A stretch of 64,000 nt of DNA from the IMG/VR virus record IMGVR_UViG_3300032320_001009, positions 25,244 to 89,243 of that record; one strand, 5' to 3'. Below, piece after piece: positions 54,584 to 63,119 of this stretch. This stretch comes from a virus (taxonomy: Duplodnaviria; Caudoviricetes). The number at the start of each line of letters is the position of its first letter. Position 1 is the first letter of the stretch. A model generated the notes under the pieces. The model ran no database searches. It was not told the DNA's origin and saw only the letters and a list, made by a program, of their open reading frames with translations. The position numbers were made by a program, and so were the translations under genes.

Positions 54584-55182
54584 TAGTTTTCCTCCATGTA
54601 CGCTGCTAGTTGTTCAGGGGTTAATGAGGTTGGGTATCCATACTCATCTGTTTCGGTTGCTGATACGACTACGTTGCCAAGCAATACTGTGTTGTCGGTA
54701 TTGCCAAACGCACGAACCCATAGTCGTGTTGCGTTGAAGTTCGGTAGAAACTTCTTTGTATCAAGTCGTGCGTCTTCGTTAAACCACAACGTGATACCTA
54801 ATTCAGAAGGAAGGCTCTTTGCCTCTACGTATCCGCCACATTCTTTTTGAAAGTGTGCGAGTGCGTCTTTCTTCTTTATGTTAGCGATTGACTTCGAGCC
54901 GTCTTCGTGCATTGTGAATACACGAATCAAACCTAAGTCGACGTACGAGTTCTGTGAACCGCACACAAGGCATGAGACCTTAGTCTCTACCTCATCTACG
55001 GCTTCAACCCACACGTTAACGTCGTGGTATGGGTCGAATGGTGTAGAGGACTCACATGGCTCACACCATGTCCACTTGATGTTGTCGAATTGACCTACGA
55101 AGTCAAACACTCCGTATTGACCATGACGTGAATAAATTTCATTACACAAGTCATAGATGTTCTTTGGTGCAGGATTACTCAT
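54583..55182 (-). CDS. Protein with C-terminal DUF3846-like domain
   Basis: Q..CGGYVE..WFNED..N.NATRL..L.GNVVV. Confidence 0.65.
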   Translation of the reverse strand: MSNPAPKNIYDLCNEIYSRHGQYGVFDFVGQFDNIKWTWCEPCESSTPFDPYHDVNVWVEAVDEVETKVSCLVCGSQNSYVDLGLIRVFTMHEDGSKSIANIKKKDALAHFQKECGGYVEAKSLPSELGITLWFNEDARLDTKKFLPNFNATRLWVRAFGNTDNTVLLGNVVVSATETDEYGYPTSLTPEQLAAYMEEN

Positions 55183-55382
55183 GCGTTCACCTTTCCTAGT
55201 CGGGTTTCTTCTTTAGAAGTTAAATAGATAGCAAGACGAATGCCGTCTATCTTTCCTTCGATGTAGTGAAAGTTAGCGTCTGCTCCGTCTGCATTGGCAT
55301 GTGCTTTCTCTAAAGTATTTAGTTCAGAACGTAACTTCTTTTTGATGTTCTCAAACGGAAGTTGTATCTCTTTAATTGCCAT
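55179..55382 (-). CDS. Hypothetical protein
   Basis: SD AGAGG; MAIKEI start. Confidence 0.55.
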   Translation of the reverse strand: MAIKEIQLPFENIKKKLRSELNTLEKAHANADGADANFHYIEGKIDGIRLAIYLTSKEETRLGKVNA

Positions 55383-55632
55383 GTGCCACCTCTTTCTTTT
55401 GGTCTGCTTGTTCGAATACAAGTGCATAGATAAGTCCATACACCTTTTGCATAGCGTCTGCATAACCTCGGTGATACTCGTAGTTAGCAGAGCCTTGTTC
55501 ATCTTCTCCAAGTTCGAGCATGATGTCTTGTTCGTTAACGATTTCGTTCAACACCTCGCCATGAACGATGTCGTGTAACGGAACGTCTTTTGCAATTGCT
55601 TTCTTGATGTTGTCGGTAAGTTCAAGAGTCAT
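55372..55632 (-). CDS. Hypothetical protein
   Basis: TAATG-coupled MTLELT start. Confidence 0.6.
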   Translation of the reverse strand: MTLELTDNIKKAIAKDVPLHDIVHGEVLNEIVNEQDIMLELGEDEQGSANYEYHRGYADAMQKVYGLIYALVFEQADQKKEVAHGN

Positions 55633-55736
55633 TAGTCGCTCACTCCTGTATCCCAACCGCAGTCAGAGCATGACCAGTTACCTTCTTCAGACATGCTCTC
55701 GTACGTAATCTTTGCACCGCATTCTTTACACTTCAT
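55632..55736 (-). CDS. 34-aa zinc-ribbon peptide
   Basis: MKCKECG..WSCSDCGW; SD GGAGG; not in the ORF track. Confidence 0.65.
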   Translation of the reverse strand: MKCKECGAKITYESMSEEGNWSCSDCGWDTGVSD

Positions 55737-56039
55737 TTATGCCTCCCATAGTGCTAGTTCTTGCTTATCGATTTCTTTTTGGTCTCTAGCGATACTTACA
55801 AATTCATGATGTACGAATTCGAAGAGACTGTCGGCTAGTTGCTCCCATTGGATTCTGTTAGTAACTGTGTCGACAACGTTGTTCCAAACTTCTTTTGGAA
55901 GTTCTATGTATTCGCCGTCCTGCGTTAGTTCACAACCCCAGTCATTCTCATCTGCATGACGTTTTGCAACGAAGTCAAAAAGAATTTCTTCATCGGGGTC
56001 TAACTTCTGTAGAACAGCGATTGCGTTAGATACTTTCAT
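55737..56039 (-). CDS. Acidic hypothetical protein
   Basis: MKVSNAI start. Confidence 0.6.
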   Translation of the reverse strand: MKVSNAIAVLQKLDPDEEILFDFVAKRHADENDWGCELTQDGEYIELPKEVWNNVVDTVTNRIQWEQLADSLFEFVHHEFVSIARDQKEIDKQELALWEA

Positions 56040-56733
56040 ACTTGCCCTCGCAGACTCTTCCCATTCCTTTTGCAACAGAAGAAGCAAGAGTGAGAGTGCG
56101 ACCACAATGGCAACAAGAGCCAGTATTAGCCGACACTTGAATTGCTTCTCTAAGAGTTAAACGATGTTCGTCACGTAACTCAAAAAGAATTCCGTAGTTC
56201 TTTGAATCTAGAAACCACTTATTGGTATCAGGATTGATTGACCACACTTGCCACTTGCGACTCTCTCTGCCCTTGCGGATAGAGAAGACTGTGCCGTTAA
56301 TGCGATATGCACCAACGTCGCTAAGTTTGATTGTCTTGTGATTTGCTTGCACAAGTGTGTTGATTAATGTCTGCGCTGTTTCAAAAGAAAGATTGGCTGA
56401 ATCAGTAATCTTCTCTTGTGATAAAGCACCAGCAAGAAGTTGCTCTCCTTCTTCTTTAAGACGTACTAGATGAAGTAAGAAGTTGTGTTGCTTCTCTGAG
56501 ATGTAGCGTTTGATGTTTACCTTGTTGGGTAACTTCACAAGTTGTTCGATAAGTTCTCTCGCTCCTTGTACGTTCAGTTCTTCCCAGTTCGGTTCTGTAA
56601 AAGAATGTTGTTTCAATTCTAGTAAGTTCTTTAAGAATTGAACCTGACGTGGAGACGCGTAACGTACTTTGTACGCTCCGTATTGATTGCCTCCTCGTGA
56701 CCCTGCTTTGCGGTGTGCTGATGTTTGTGTCAT
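56026..56733 (-). CDS. Protein with two S..Q..FL repeats and a C-terminal DUF6011-like Zn ribbon
   Basis: SPRQVQFL, SEKQHNFL, CCHCGRTLT..S..GMG.VC. Confidence 0.7.
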   Translation of the reverse strand: MTQTSAHRKAGSRGGNQYGAYKVRYASPRQVQFLKNLLELKQHSFTEPNWEELNVQGARELIEQLVKLPNKVNIKRYISEKQHNFLLHLVRLKEEGEQLLAGALSQEKITDSANLSFETAQTLINTLVQANHKTIKLSDVGAYRINGTVFSIRKGRESRKWQVWSINPDTNKWFLDSKNYGILFELRDEHRLTLREAIQVSANTGSCCHCGRTLTLASSVAKGMGRVCEGKYESI

Positions 56734-56747
56734 GTGTGCCTCCTAGA

Positions 56748-56761
56748 TTTTTTGTAGTTGG
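56748..56761 (-). repeat. CCRMCTACAAAAAA motif copy
   Basis: CCAACTACAAAAAA between a stop codon and an SD. Confidence 0.75.
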
Positions 56762-56762
56762 G

Positions 56763-56912
56763 TTACTTGTCATCGGATTCGATTACTGCTGGTGTTGCCA
56801 TTCTTTTGAAACGAATTGAAACTTCTTTTGCAATTGGATTCGTTTCTTTACCTAGTGCTTGAAGAACAACGTTTAGTTGCTCATCGTTAACTGACAAGAT
56901 GTGTAGTGCCAT
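56763..56912 (-). CDS. 49-aa hypothetical protein
   Basis: MALHILSVNDEQL...DDK*; SD GGAGGA; not in the ORF track. Confidence 0.6.
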   Translation of the reverse strand: MALHILSVNDEQLNVVLQALGKETNPIAKEVSIRFKRMATPAVIESDDK

Positions 56913-57164
56913 TTATTCCTCCTCTGTTGCAGTTACTTCAATTAGTGAGATTGCTGTGCCGACTGCAGACCACACAATTGCGTTGCGTAGATACAGTTCG
57001 AGATACCTTGTTAGGTCATCGGTGTTAATGATGTTCTTTAAGTTCTGCACCTGTCTCTCATTCCAGTCGATACGGATTGAAAGAGAGACAGGCGCAGTTG
57101 CGGTCTTACGCCTTCCAGAGTTGGAGGTCTGCGTTTTCTTCTGCGATGTACGCTTCAAGAGCAC
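56913..57164 (-). CDS. Hypothetical protein, start uncertain
   Basis: Fills a gap; 3' end coupled to the next gene. Confidence 0.35.
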   Translation of the reverse strand: MLLKRTSQKKTQTSNSGRRKTATAPVSLSIRIDWNERQVQNLKNIINTDDLTRYLELYLRNAIVWSAVGTAISLIEVTATEEE

Positions 57165-57390
57165 GCACTACCTTTTCTTTTGATGAGTCATAGTGATTGA
57201 GACTGTTGATGTTGTTGACATAATCATCTTTGATTGCGTGCCAACCCCATGACGTGTTATCGATTTTGTAAACGAAGAAGCGAGAGTCTTCCGAGATGTA
57301 AGTCGACTCTTTAATTGCACGTGCAGGTAGATTTGGGAAGTGCTTACCTTGTTTTTCTAGTGTTGTTACTCGTGTAAGTGTTATAGACAT
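57106..57390 (-). CDS. Hypothetical protein
   Basis: TAATG coupling. Confidence 0.6.
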   Translation of the reverse strand: MSITLTRVTTLEKQGKHFPNLPARAIKESTYISEDSRFFVYKIDNTSWGWHAIKDDYVNNINSLNHYDSSKEKVVRALEAYIAEENADLQLWKA

Positions 57391-57998
57391 TATGCAACCT
57401 CCTCTTGGTTGTCGAATGCGAGTTCGATTAGACGTTCGATGTCACGTAAAGAAAGTGTGACTGTTGGACTTGGATTATCTGAATACGATGAATAACTAAC
57501 TTCAACGTTTCCATTTAACGTTACAAGTAACTTCTTTAACGTGTTAGGTAGATTGGTTTGTGCACGTTCTGCATGTAGACGTGCGTTGTCACGTTTGCGA
57601 TTGAGTTCCTCTTGAAGTCGCTGTTGCTTGAGTTGCTGTATGCGTTCCTCTTCTTCTTTTGCAAGCCATAGAGGTTCGAGTACAGACCATTCAACAATTA
57701 CTTCTGATAGACGAGAGACGAAGTAACGAACAACGCCCGAGTTATCTGTTGCACTTAAAAGAACGCCGAGATTTGATTTGGCATTCTTTGGTGCAAGAGT
57801 GAATGACTCTTTGTCTTCACTCATGTTGTAACGACTGTCTTGTGTGTATTGGTATTTATCAGTAGACACAAGAGTTGCTTGAACAACGTCTCTGCGACCG
57901 ATGTTCTTTAAGTCGTTGTAGTAGTGATTGTTGTGCATTGATGTCCAGCCCATTACGACTGCGTACTGTGTATCTGCTTGTAGTGCGGATAGTTTCAT
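57390..57998 (-). CDS. Hypothetical protein with coiled coil
   Basis: SD GGAGG; 202 aa. Confidence 0.7.
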   Translation of the reverse strand: MKLSALQADTQYAVVMGWTSMHNNHYYNDLKNIGRRDVVQATLVSTDKYQYTQDSRYNMSEDKESFTLAPKNAKSNLGVLLSATDNSGVVRYFVSRLSEVIVEWSVLEPLWLAKEEEERIQQLKQQRLQEELNRKRDNARLHAERAQTNLPNTLKKLLVTLNGNVEVSYSSYSDNPSPTVTLSLRDIERLIELAFDNQEEVA

Positions 57999-58026
57999 GC
58001 TGTTACCTCCCTGATTGGTGTGCGGA

Positions 58027-58067
58027 TTTTTTGTAGGCGGGGCAGAGACTGCTCATGTCTCTGCCCC
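58027..58067 (-). promoter_or_regulatory. 11-bp hairpin fused to a CCGCCTACAAAAAA motif
   Basis: GGGGCAGAGAC/GTCTCTGCCCC (58039-58067); motif at 58027-58040. Confidence 0.7.
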
Positions 58068-58076
58068 ATAACTTCT

Positions 58077-60125
58077 TTATCGGCTAACAAGATTGCGAGC
58101 AATTGCTAGACGAACAAGTTGTCTTCCCAAAAGAAGAATGTCCTTCGCAGATTTAATCTGATGAAGTAATTCAAACTGATGACGATGACGTTCGAGCGAC
58201 TCTGCATTACGTTCGTACTGCTCGATGATTGCGTTGCAAGTGATGACACCTGCTTCACGCATTTTGCGTACAGACTCTTCTGCTTTATCTGAATCCCACG
58301 CTCCGTCTGTAATCATGAACAACAAACGGATTGGCTTATCAGTTGTAGCGAAGATGTTCTGCGCTGTAAGAATTGCATTGGTTGGATTAGTTCCACCACT
58401 TGCACCTGCGTCACGAATGACACCAGCGTCAGCCTTATCTTCTGCAGAATAAAGAATGCGAGTACTGCTATCGAAAGTAATAACAGTTGCATTTGCACCT
58501 GCTTTATCTAACGAACGCTTGATAGCCCACATTGATTTGTATGCTTCTTTAGCATTGTTACCTTGCATTGATTGAGAGCGGTCAAGAAGAATGACTGCTT
58601 CGATTGCAGTCACGTCATCTTTACCTTCACTCCACTTGTCGAAGACTTTGTTGAGTGACGCACCTTGTAAGTATCGGCGCATGTTCAAACGTCCGCGACG
58701 TGTTTCGTACTCCCACGCAGGGTCATAGTTGGCTTTAATTCGCAGAAGTTCTTTTGCGAATTGTTGTTGAATCAAAACAAGTTCTGCATTAGCACGTGCT
58801 TCGCTGAAGTTTGCTTTGCTCAACGAACCGACATTCGTTGTACCCATAAGAGGCTTGTCTGTAATCTGCGAAGACAAGCGGTCAAGGTCTTTCATAAGAG
58901 TTTCAGTAACACTTTCGATTATGTCTTCAAGTGCGTCTGTAACTTCTTTTGAATTGTTATCTAGACCTTGTGTTGAACCTGCATGACGTGACTTGTTGTC
59001 TGCGTTGTAATCGTCATCGAAGAGTGACTCATCGATTTCTGAATCGTCGACAGTTACATCGTCATCGAAGTCACCACGTGGTGAATCTTCTTTTGACTTT
59101 TCATCTGAATCAGAATCTGAATCAGAATCTGAATTTGATTTGCCATTACCTTCTGAATCAGAATCGTCATCTGAATCAGTAGGAGCAGGACAACCATTTT
59201 CTGAATCGTCATCTGAATCAGAATCGTCATCAGAATCTGCAGGAGAAGAATCAGACTCTGAATCAGTTGCGTCATCTTCTTTATCGATTTTCTTTGAACG
59301 CTCTGCGTCTTGCTGTTGTTCTTCTTTTGGTGCAGGGCGTGAATCAGAAGACTCATGACCATTGAATGGTCTGTCATCGTGACCATTCGGGTCATGTAAC
59401 TTCTTGCGTGAAGTTTGTTCTGAATCGTCATTTGAATTGTCACCATTTGGGTCATCAATTCGCGGTAACGATTTAAGAATGTCATTGAAACGTTCGATAA
59501 GTTCTTTTGCACGTTCTGTATCGCGTGGATAAAGAAGTGTGCGGTACGAATCTACGATTTCAATAATTGCAGGTACATGTTCTTGAGACTTGAATGCCTC
59601 ACGAGACATGCGACGAATCTCCACAGGAAGATAACGTCGACCACGTAGCAACGCATAAGAAGTTGCAAACGCTTCAGGAGTGTTAAGCAAGTATTGTGCA
59701 ACAGTTGCAACAAACCAGTTAACAGTTGAAGGAAAGCGTGCTGTCATAAGTGTTTCGATACGTTGGTCTTCAAGTGCATTGAATGCAGACCAATAGTTGT
59801 TATCGATAACCCATTGACAGATTTCGCTTCCGTTGCGTGGTGTGTAACGAACGTGTGCTAACTCGTGAAAGTTAAGTCCGTTGAGTGCAAGCAATTGTTG
59901 TACGTCAAACTCTGCATTGATATGCGAAGCATTGAAGTACACGTCGTTAGCACTAGACCAAGCAGGTGCACCGCCTTCTTGATTGACGATGTGCACGTTG
60001 ATTGGACGTAGTGCAAGTGTTGAATCGGCACGTGTAAATACTTGTGCCATTTTTGTTAAGCGATTTTGCTTAATGCGTTCTTGCTCTAACTTTAATGCGA
60101 CTGCATTGTTGTTATCTGTAAACAC
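58077..60125 (-). CDS. CobT-like metallopeptidase / acidic linker / VWA protein
   Basis: HELAH (HExxH), D/S-rich linker, MIDAS DRSQS and TDG; GTG start. Confidence 0.85.
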   Translation of the reverse strand: MFTDNNNAVALKLEQERIKQNRLTKMAQVFTRADSTLALRPINVHIVNQEGGAPAWSSANDVYFNASHINAEFDVQQLLALNGLNFHELAHVRYTPRNGSEICQWVIDNNYWSAFNALEDQRIETLMTARFPSTVNWFVATVAQYLLNTPEAFATSYALLRGRRYLPVEIRRMSREAFKSQEHVPAIIEIVDSYRTLLYPRDTERAKELIERFNDILKSLPRIDDPNGDNSNDDSEQTSRKKLHDPNGHDDRPFNGHESSDSRPAPKEEQQQDAERSKKIDKEDDATDSESDSSPADSDDDSDSDDDSENGCPAPTDSDDDSDSEGNGKSNSDSDSDSDSDEKSKEDSPRGDFDDDVTVDDSEIDESLFDDDYNADNKSRHAGSTQGLDNNSKEVTDALEDIIESVTETLMKDLDRLSSQITDKPLMGTTNVGSLSKANFSEARANAELVLIQQQFAKELLRIKANYDPAWEYETRRGRLNMRRYLQGASLNKVFDKWSEGKDDVTAIEAVILLDRSQSMQGNNAKEAYKSMWAIKRSLDKAGANATVITFDSSTRILYSAEDKADAGVIRDAGASGGTNPTNAILTAQNIFATTDKPIRLLFMITDGAWDSDKAEESVRKMREAGVITCNAIIEQYERNAESLERHRHQFELLHQIKSAKDILLLGRQLVRLAIARNLVSR
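59101..59266 (-). repeat. Coding Asp-Ser microrepeats
   Basis: TCTGAATCAGAATC-type repeats encoding DSDSD/DSDDDSD. Confidence 0.85.
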
Positions 60126-60137
60126 GTTGCTCCTTAG

Positions 60138-60152
60138 TTTTTTTGTAGTTGG
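60138..60152 (-). repeat. CCRMCTACAAAAAA motif copy
   Basis: CCAACTACAAAAAAA between the AAA stop and the VWA SD. Confidence 0.75.
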
Positions 60153-60154
60153 AC

Positions 60155-61534
60155 TTAGTTGTCATCGCCGTTGTCGACGATTGGTGTATCAACACTTGCA
60201 CCGAGTTCGGTTGAGATGTTGCTTGAGTATGCTTCCAAAAGAAGTTTGACACTTGGTCGCTCTTCTTCTGTAAACGCATTGAGGAATGAGTGCACAGCAA
60301 ACTCATAGTTGAAAGACTTTGCGTGCCACACAAAGTTCTTTAGCAAACGCAAACTGATTGGTGTTTCATAAATACCAGTAATCGAATCTGCTCTCATCTT
60401 GTCGGCAAGGTCTAACAAAGACTTTGACGGAATGATTTGCTTTTCGATTTTCTTGTCGTACTCGAATACCAATTTAGTTGCAAAGCGGTCATGGAATGCC
60501 TCATTGAGAGGACGTGTACCACGATAGCCAGCGTTGTATGCACCGATGAGCAACAAGTTTGGGTGTGCAGTAATAACTTCGTTGTTGTTACCACGCAAAG
60601 TTACTTGTCGCAGATTGTCGAGTGCATTGTGAAGTGACGCAGAGCAACCTTCTTTAATGAATGACAATTCATCTAGAAGAACAACGCCACCGAATTTAAA
60701 CGCAAGTGCAAGTTGTCCGTAAATAAACTTGAGACCTTCGTCGGTTGGTTCAACACCACCGATAAAGTCTGCAGGTTCACTTGCAACGTTCATGCTGATT
60801 GAATAAAAAGGCAAACCCATTTTTGCTGCAAATACTTTTGCAGATGTAGTTTTACCTGTACCAGCATGACCTTCGATAACGATGTTGCGCTTTTGTTCCA
60901 TGTGAGTTTTGTAAAGTTCAAACTCTTTTACGCCGAACAAAGTGCGTTCGATGTAGTTTGCAATTTCTGAATCAGATAAAGAAGGAACGTATCGCAATAC
61001 TTCTTCAGGATACGAAACTTCTGTAGCAAGTGGTGCAACAGAAATTGCAGGAGCAGAAACTGTTGGTACAAGAATTGTTTTCATGTTGGTTGGTGCAACA
61101 CGATTAGAACGTAAGTCATTCTTGTACTGTGCAAGTTGTGTTGAATCAGTTGTAACGATGTTGTCGATTACTTTCACGATGTCTCCTAGTGTTGTATCGA
61201 TGATTACTTCAGGACGATTTGAATACATCTTTGATAACTTCTGAAAGACATTGATTGGTGTCTCTCCGATTGATAAAGAAGATGTATCAGTATCGGTAAG
61301 TGAAACTGCAATTGGATTACCGATTAACTTGTCGTTGTAGTCATAGCAAGAAAGAAAGTCTGCATAGTCAACAGACTTCCATGCGTTGCTCTCACCACGT
61401 CCGCCGTTTGTAACACGTGTGAATGTGTGACGTTGTGTATCGAGTACTGCGATTATGAATTGACGCTTGTAGTCAACGTCTTTTGTTTGTGCTGTTACTT
61501 GTACTGCGTATTGTGTTGCTGTTGTAGTTGTCAT
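60155..61534 (-). CDS. MoxR/CbbQ-like AAA+ ATPase
   Basis: EGHAGTGKT, VLLDE, YNAGYRG.RPLNEAF.DRF. Confidence 0.88.
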   Translation of the reverse strand: MTTTTATQYAVQVTAQTKDVDYKRQFIIAVLDTQRHTFTRVTNGGRGESNAWKSVDYADFLSCYDYNDKLIGNPIAVSLTDTDTSSLSIGETPINVFQKLSKMYSNRPEVIIDTTLGDIVKVIDNIVTTDSTQLAQYKNDLRSNRVAPTNMKTILVPTVSAPAISVAPLATEVSYPEEVLRYVPSLSDSEIANYIERTLFGVKEFELYKTHMEQKRNIVIEGHAGTGKTTSAKVFAAKMGLPFYSISMNVASEPADFIGGVEPTDEGLKFIYGQLALAFKFGGVVLLDELSFIKEGCSASLHNALDNLRQVTLRGNNNEVITAHPNLLLIGAYNAGYRGTRPLNEAFHDRFATKLVFEYDKKIEKQIIPSKSLLDLADKMRADSITGIYETPISLRLLKNFVWHAKSFNYEFAVHSFLNAFTEEERPSVKLLLEAYSSNISTELGASVDTPIVDNGDDN

Positions 61535-61545
61535 GTTGCTCCTTG

Positions 61546-61561
61546 TTTTTTTTGTAGGCGG
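61546..61561 (-). repeat. CCRMCTACAAAAAA motif copy
   Basis: CCGCCTACAAAAAAAA between a stop codon and an SD. Confidence 0.75.
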
Positions 61562-61562
61562 G

Positions 61563-61790
61563 TTAGTTGTTACGGAATTTATTTATTGCTTGCTGTAATA
61601 GTTCGCTGTTCTCTTCGAGTTCAACGAGTTGCAATTCAAAAGCAATTGCTTTTTTCTTTTCATTAGAACGAACGTAAAGCATTTCAGGTTTGCACCATTC
61701 ACACTTCTTACAAACTGAATAGTGATTGCGTTCTAATTGTTCTGCAGGTGATAGGTATTCCTTCTTTATATCTTTGAATGTGCGAGACAT
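61563..61790 (-). CDS. Hypothetical protein
   Basis: MSRTFK..CKKCEWC; coupled. Confidence 0.6.
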   Translation of the reverse strand: MSRTFKDIKKEYLSPAEQLERNHYSVCKKCEWCKPEMLYVRSNEKKKAIAFELQLVELEENSELLQQAINKFRNN

Positions 61791-62149
61791 TATTCTGTTT
61801 CTTCTTCCGCTAGTAGTTGATTAACAATTGCGTCGTACTCATGTGCAATTGCGTTGTACTTTGCAAGACCTTCTGCAACAGCAAGGTCAAAGTTCTTTTG
61901 CGAATAACGATTGCAAGGCGTTACTGCAATTGTTCGATTGAACAAGTCACCAAAGATTGAACCGATTGACTTTTCAATAACAAAGTTGCCACTCTCTTCG
62001 TATCGCACAACAGAAATGTTTGTGCGAAATTCTTTTCGTGCCAAGTTGTGCCATGTAGAAACTTTTACACGAATACGATTTTCGTATGTGTAGTTAGTTG
62101 TGAATGAACGTTCACGAGATGAGCGAGTTGTAATTGTTGCTGTTGTCAT
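61790..62149 (-). CDS. Hypothetical protein
   Basis: SD AAGGA; TAATG coupling. Confidence 0.65.
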   Translation of the reverse strand: MTTATITTRSSRERSFTTNYTYENRIRVKVSTWHNLARKEFRTNISVVRYEESGNFVIEKSIGSIFGDLFNRTIAVTPCNRYSQKNFDLAVAEGLAKYNAIAHEYDAIVNQLLAEEETE

Positions 62150-62340
62150 TAGTTGTTTTCCTTTTCTGTTGTTAGTGAATCGTCAATGAATTTTGTGCAA
62201 GAACCATAACCAAAAGAATTTGCGTAAGGTTTATCAGTACCTACATAACAAGTGTCACGTGTTACGTAAGTGAATAGCGATACCAAAAGAAGTATCGGAA
62301 TGATTACGAGAACAACCCAACCGCGAGTAGTTAGTTTCAT
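62149..62340 (-). CDS. Small membrane-anchored protein
   Basis: MKLTTRG + TM + C...C. Confidence 0.6.
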   Translation of the reverse strand: MKLTTRGWVVLVIIPILLLVSLFTYVTRDTCYVGTDKPYANSFGYGSCTKFIDDSLTTEKENN

Positions 62341-62343
62341 TAT

Positions 62344-62583
62344 TTATTTTCTCCCGTCAATTGTGAATCGATTAAGAAGTGCGTGTTGTTTTTCTAATTG
62401 TGTATCGAGATACGACTGAGCGACTGAAGCGTTAGCAATTAATTCGTTAACAAGTTGACCGATTTCAGAATCGTTATCGAATTCAGTTGCTGTTTTTGTT
62501 AGTGCAACAAAGTCACGCATTAATTGTCGTGAGTAAGTGAATGCACTAAGTACGTCAGATTTAGTTGTGTTGTCGTACGCCAT
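62344..62583 (-). CDS. Hypothetical protein
   Basis: SD GGAGG. Confidence 0.6.
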   Translation of the reverse strand: MAYDNTTKSDVLSAFTYSRQLMRDFVALTKTATEFDNDSEIGQLVNELIANASVAQSYLDTQLEKQHALLNRFTIDGRK

Positions 62584-63119
62584 TAGTTGTTACCTCCAGT
62601 AGTTAGTAGTTGTGAATCAGAAGAAACAAAGTTCTTTATGAATTGATTACGTGCGAATTCAGATAGTGAATTGAATTGTGAATTGAATTCACGTAGTTCA
62701 GTTTCTGCAGTTACTTCTTCAAAGAATTCGTGCAAGTAACTTTCGATAGTTTGTAGTGCGATGTGTTGTGAAGCGATAAGTGCAACGTCGTGGAATTGTT
62801 CGAGTTGTTTATCGGAGAAACGATTAACAAATGAATCAGTTCCGATGTATCGACGATTGTTTTCGAATTGTTGGAAGCGTGAGATTGAACGATTAGACGC
62901 ACCATGTATGCCGTCGTATTGTGAATTAATTGCGAATGTAAAGTTTGAGAACAACGTTTTGTTATCGTCGGAATAATAAGAAGTAATAACTACTTCGAGT
63001 CCGTAGATTGAATACGTTGTATGTAGTTTGCGATAAGAGAATGAATTTGATTTTGTTTTAACAGCGTATGAACGAAGTGTGCGATTGAATGAAGTGTTGA
63101 AGTTATCGATGTTGTACAT
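62583..63119 (-). CDS. Hypothetical protein, first gene of the leftward arm
   Basis: SD GAAAGG; 178 aa. Confidence 0.65.
   Translation of the reverse strand: MYNIDNFNTSFNRTLRSYAVKTKSNSFSYRKLHTTYSIYGLEVVITSYYSDDNKTLFSNFTFAINSQYDGIHGASNRSISRFQQFENNRRYIGTDSFVNRFSDKQLEQFHDVALIASQHIALQTIESYLHEFFEEVTAETELREFNSQFNSLSEFARNQFIKNFVSSDSQLLTTGGNN

Noticed and set aside
59101-59266. Short repeats as a CRISPR or iteron array
   Set aside because: They are in-frame Asp/Ser codon repeats with no unique spacers.
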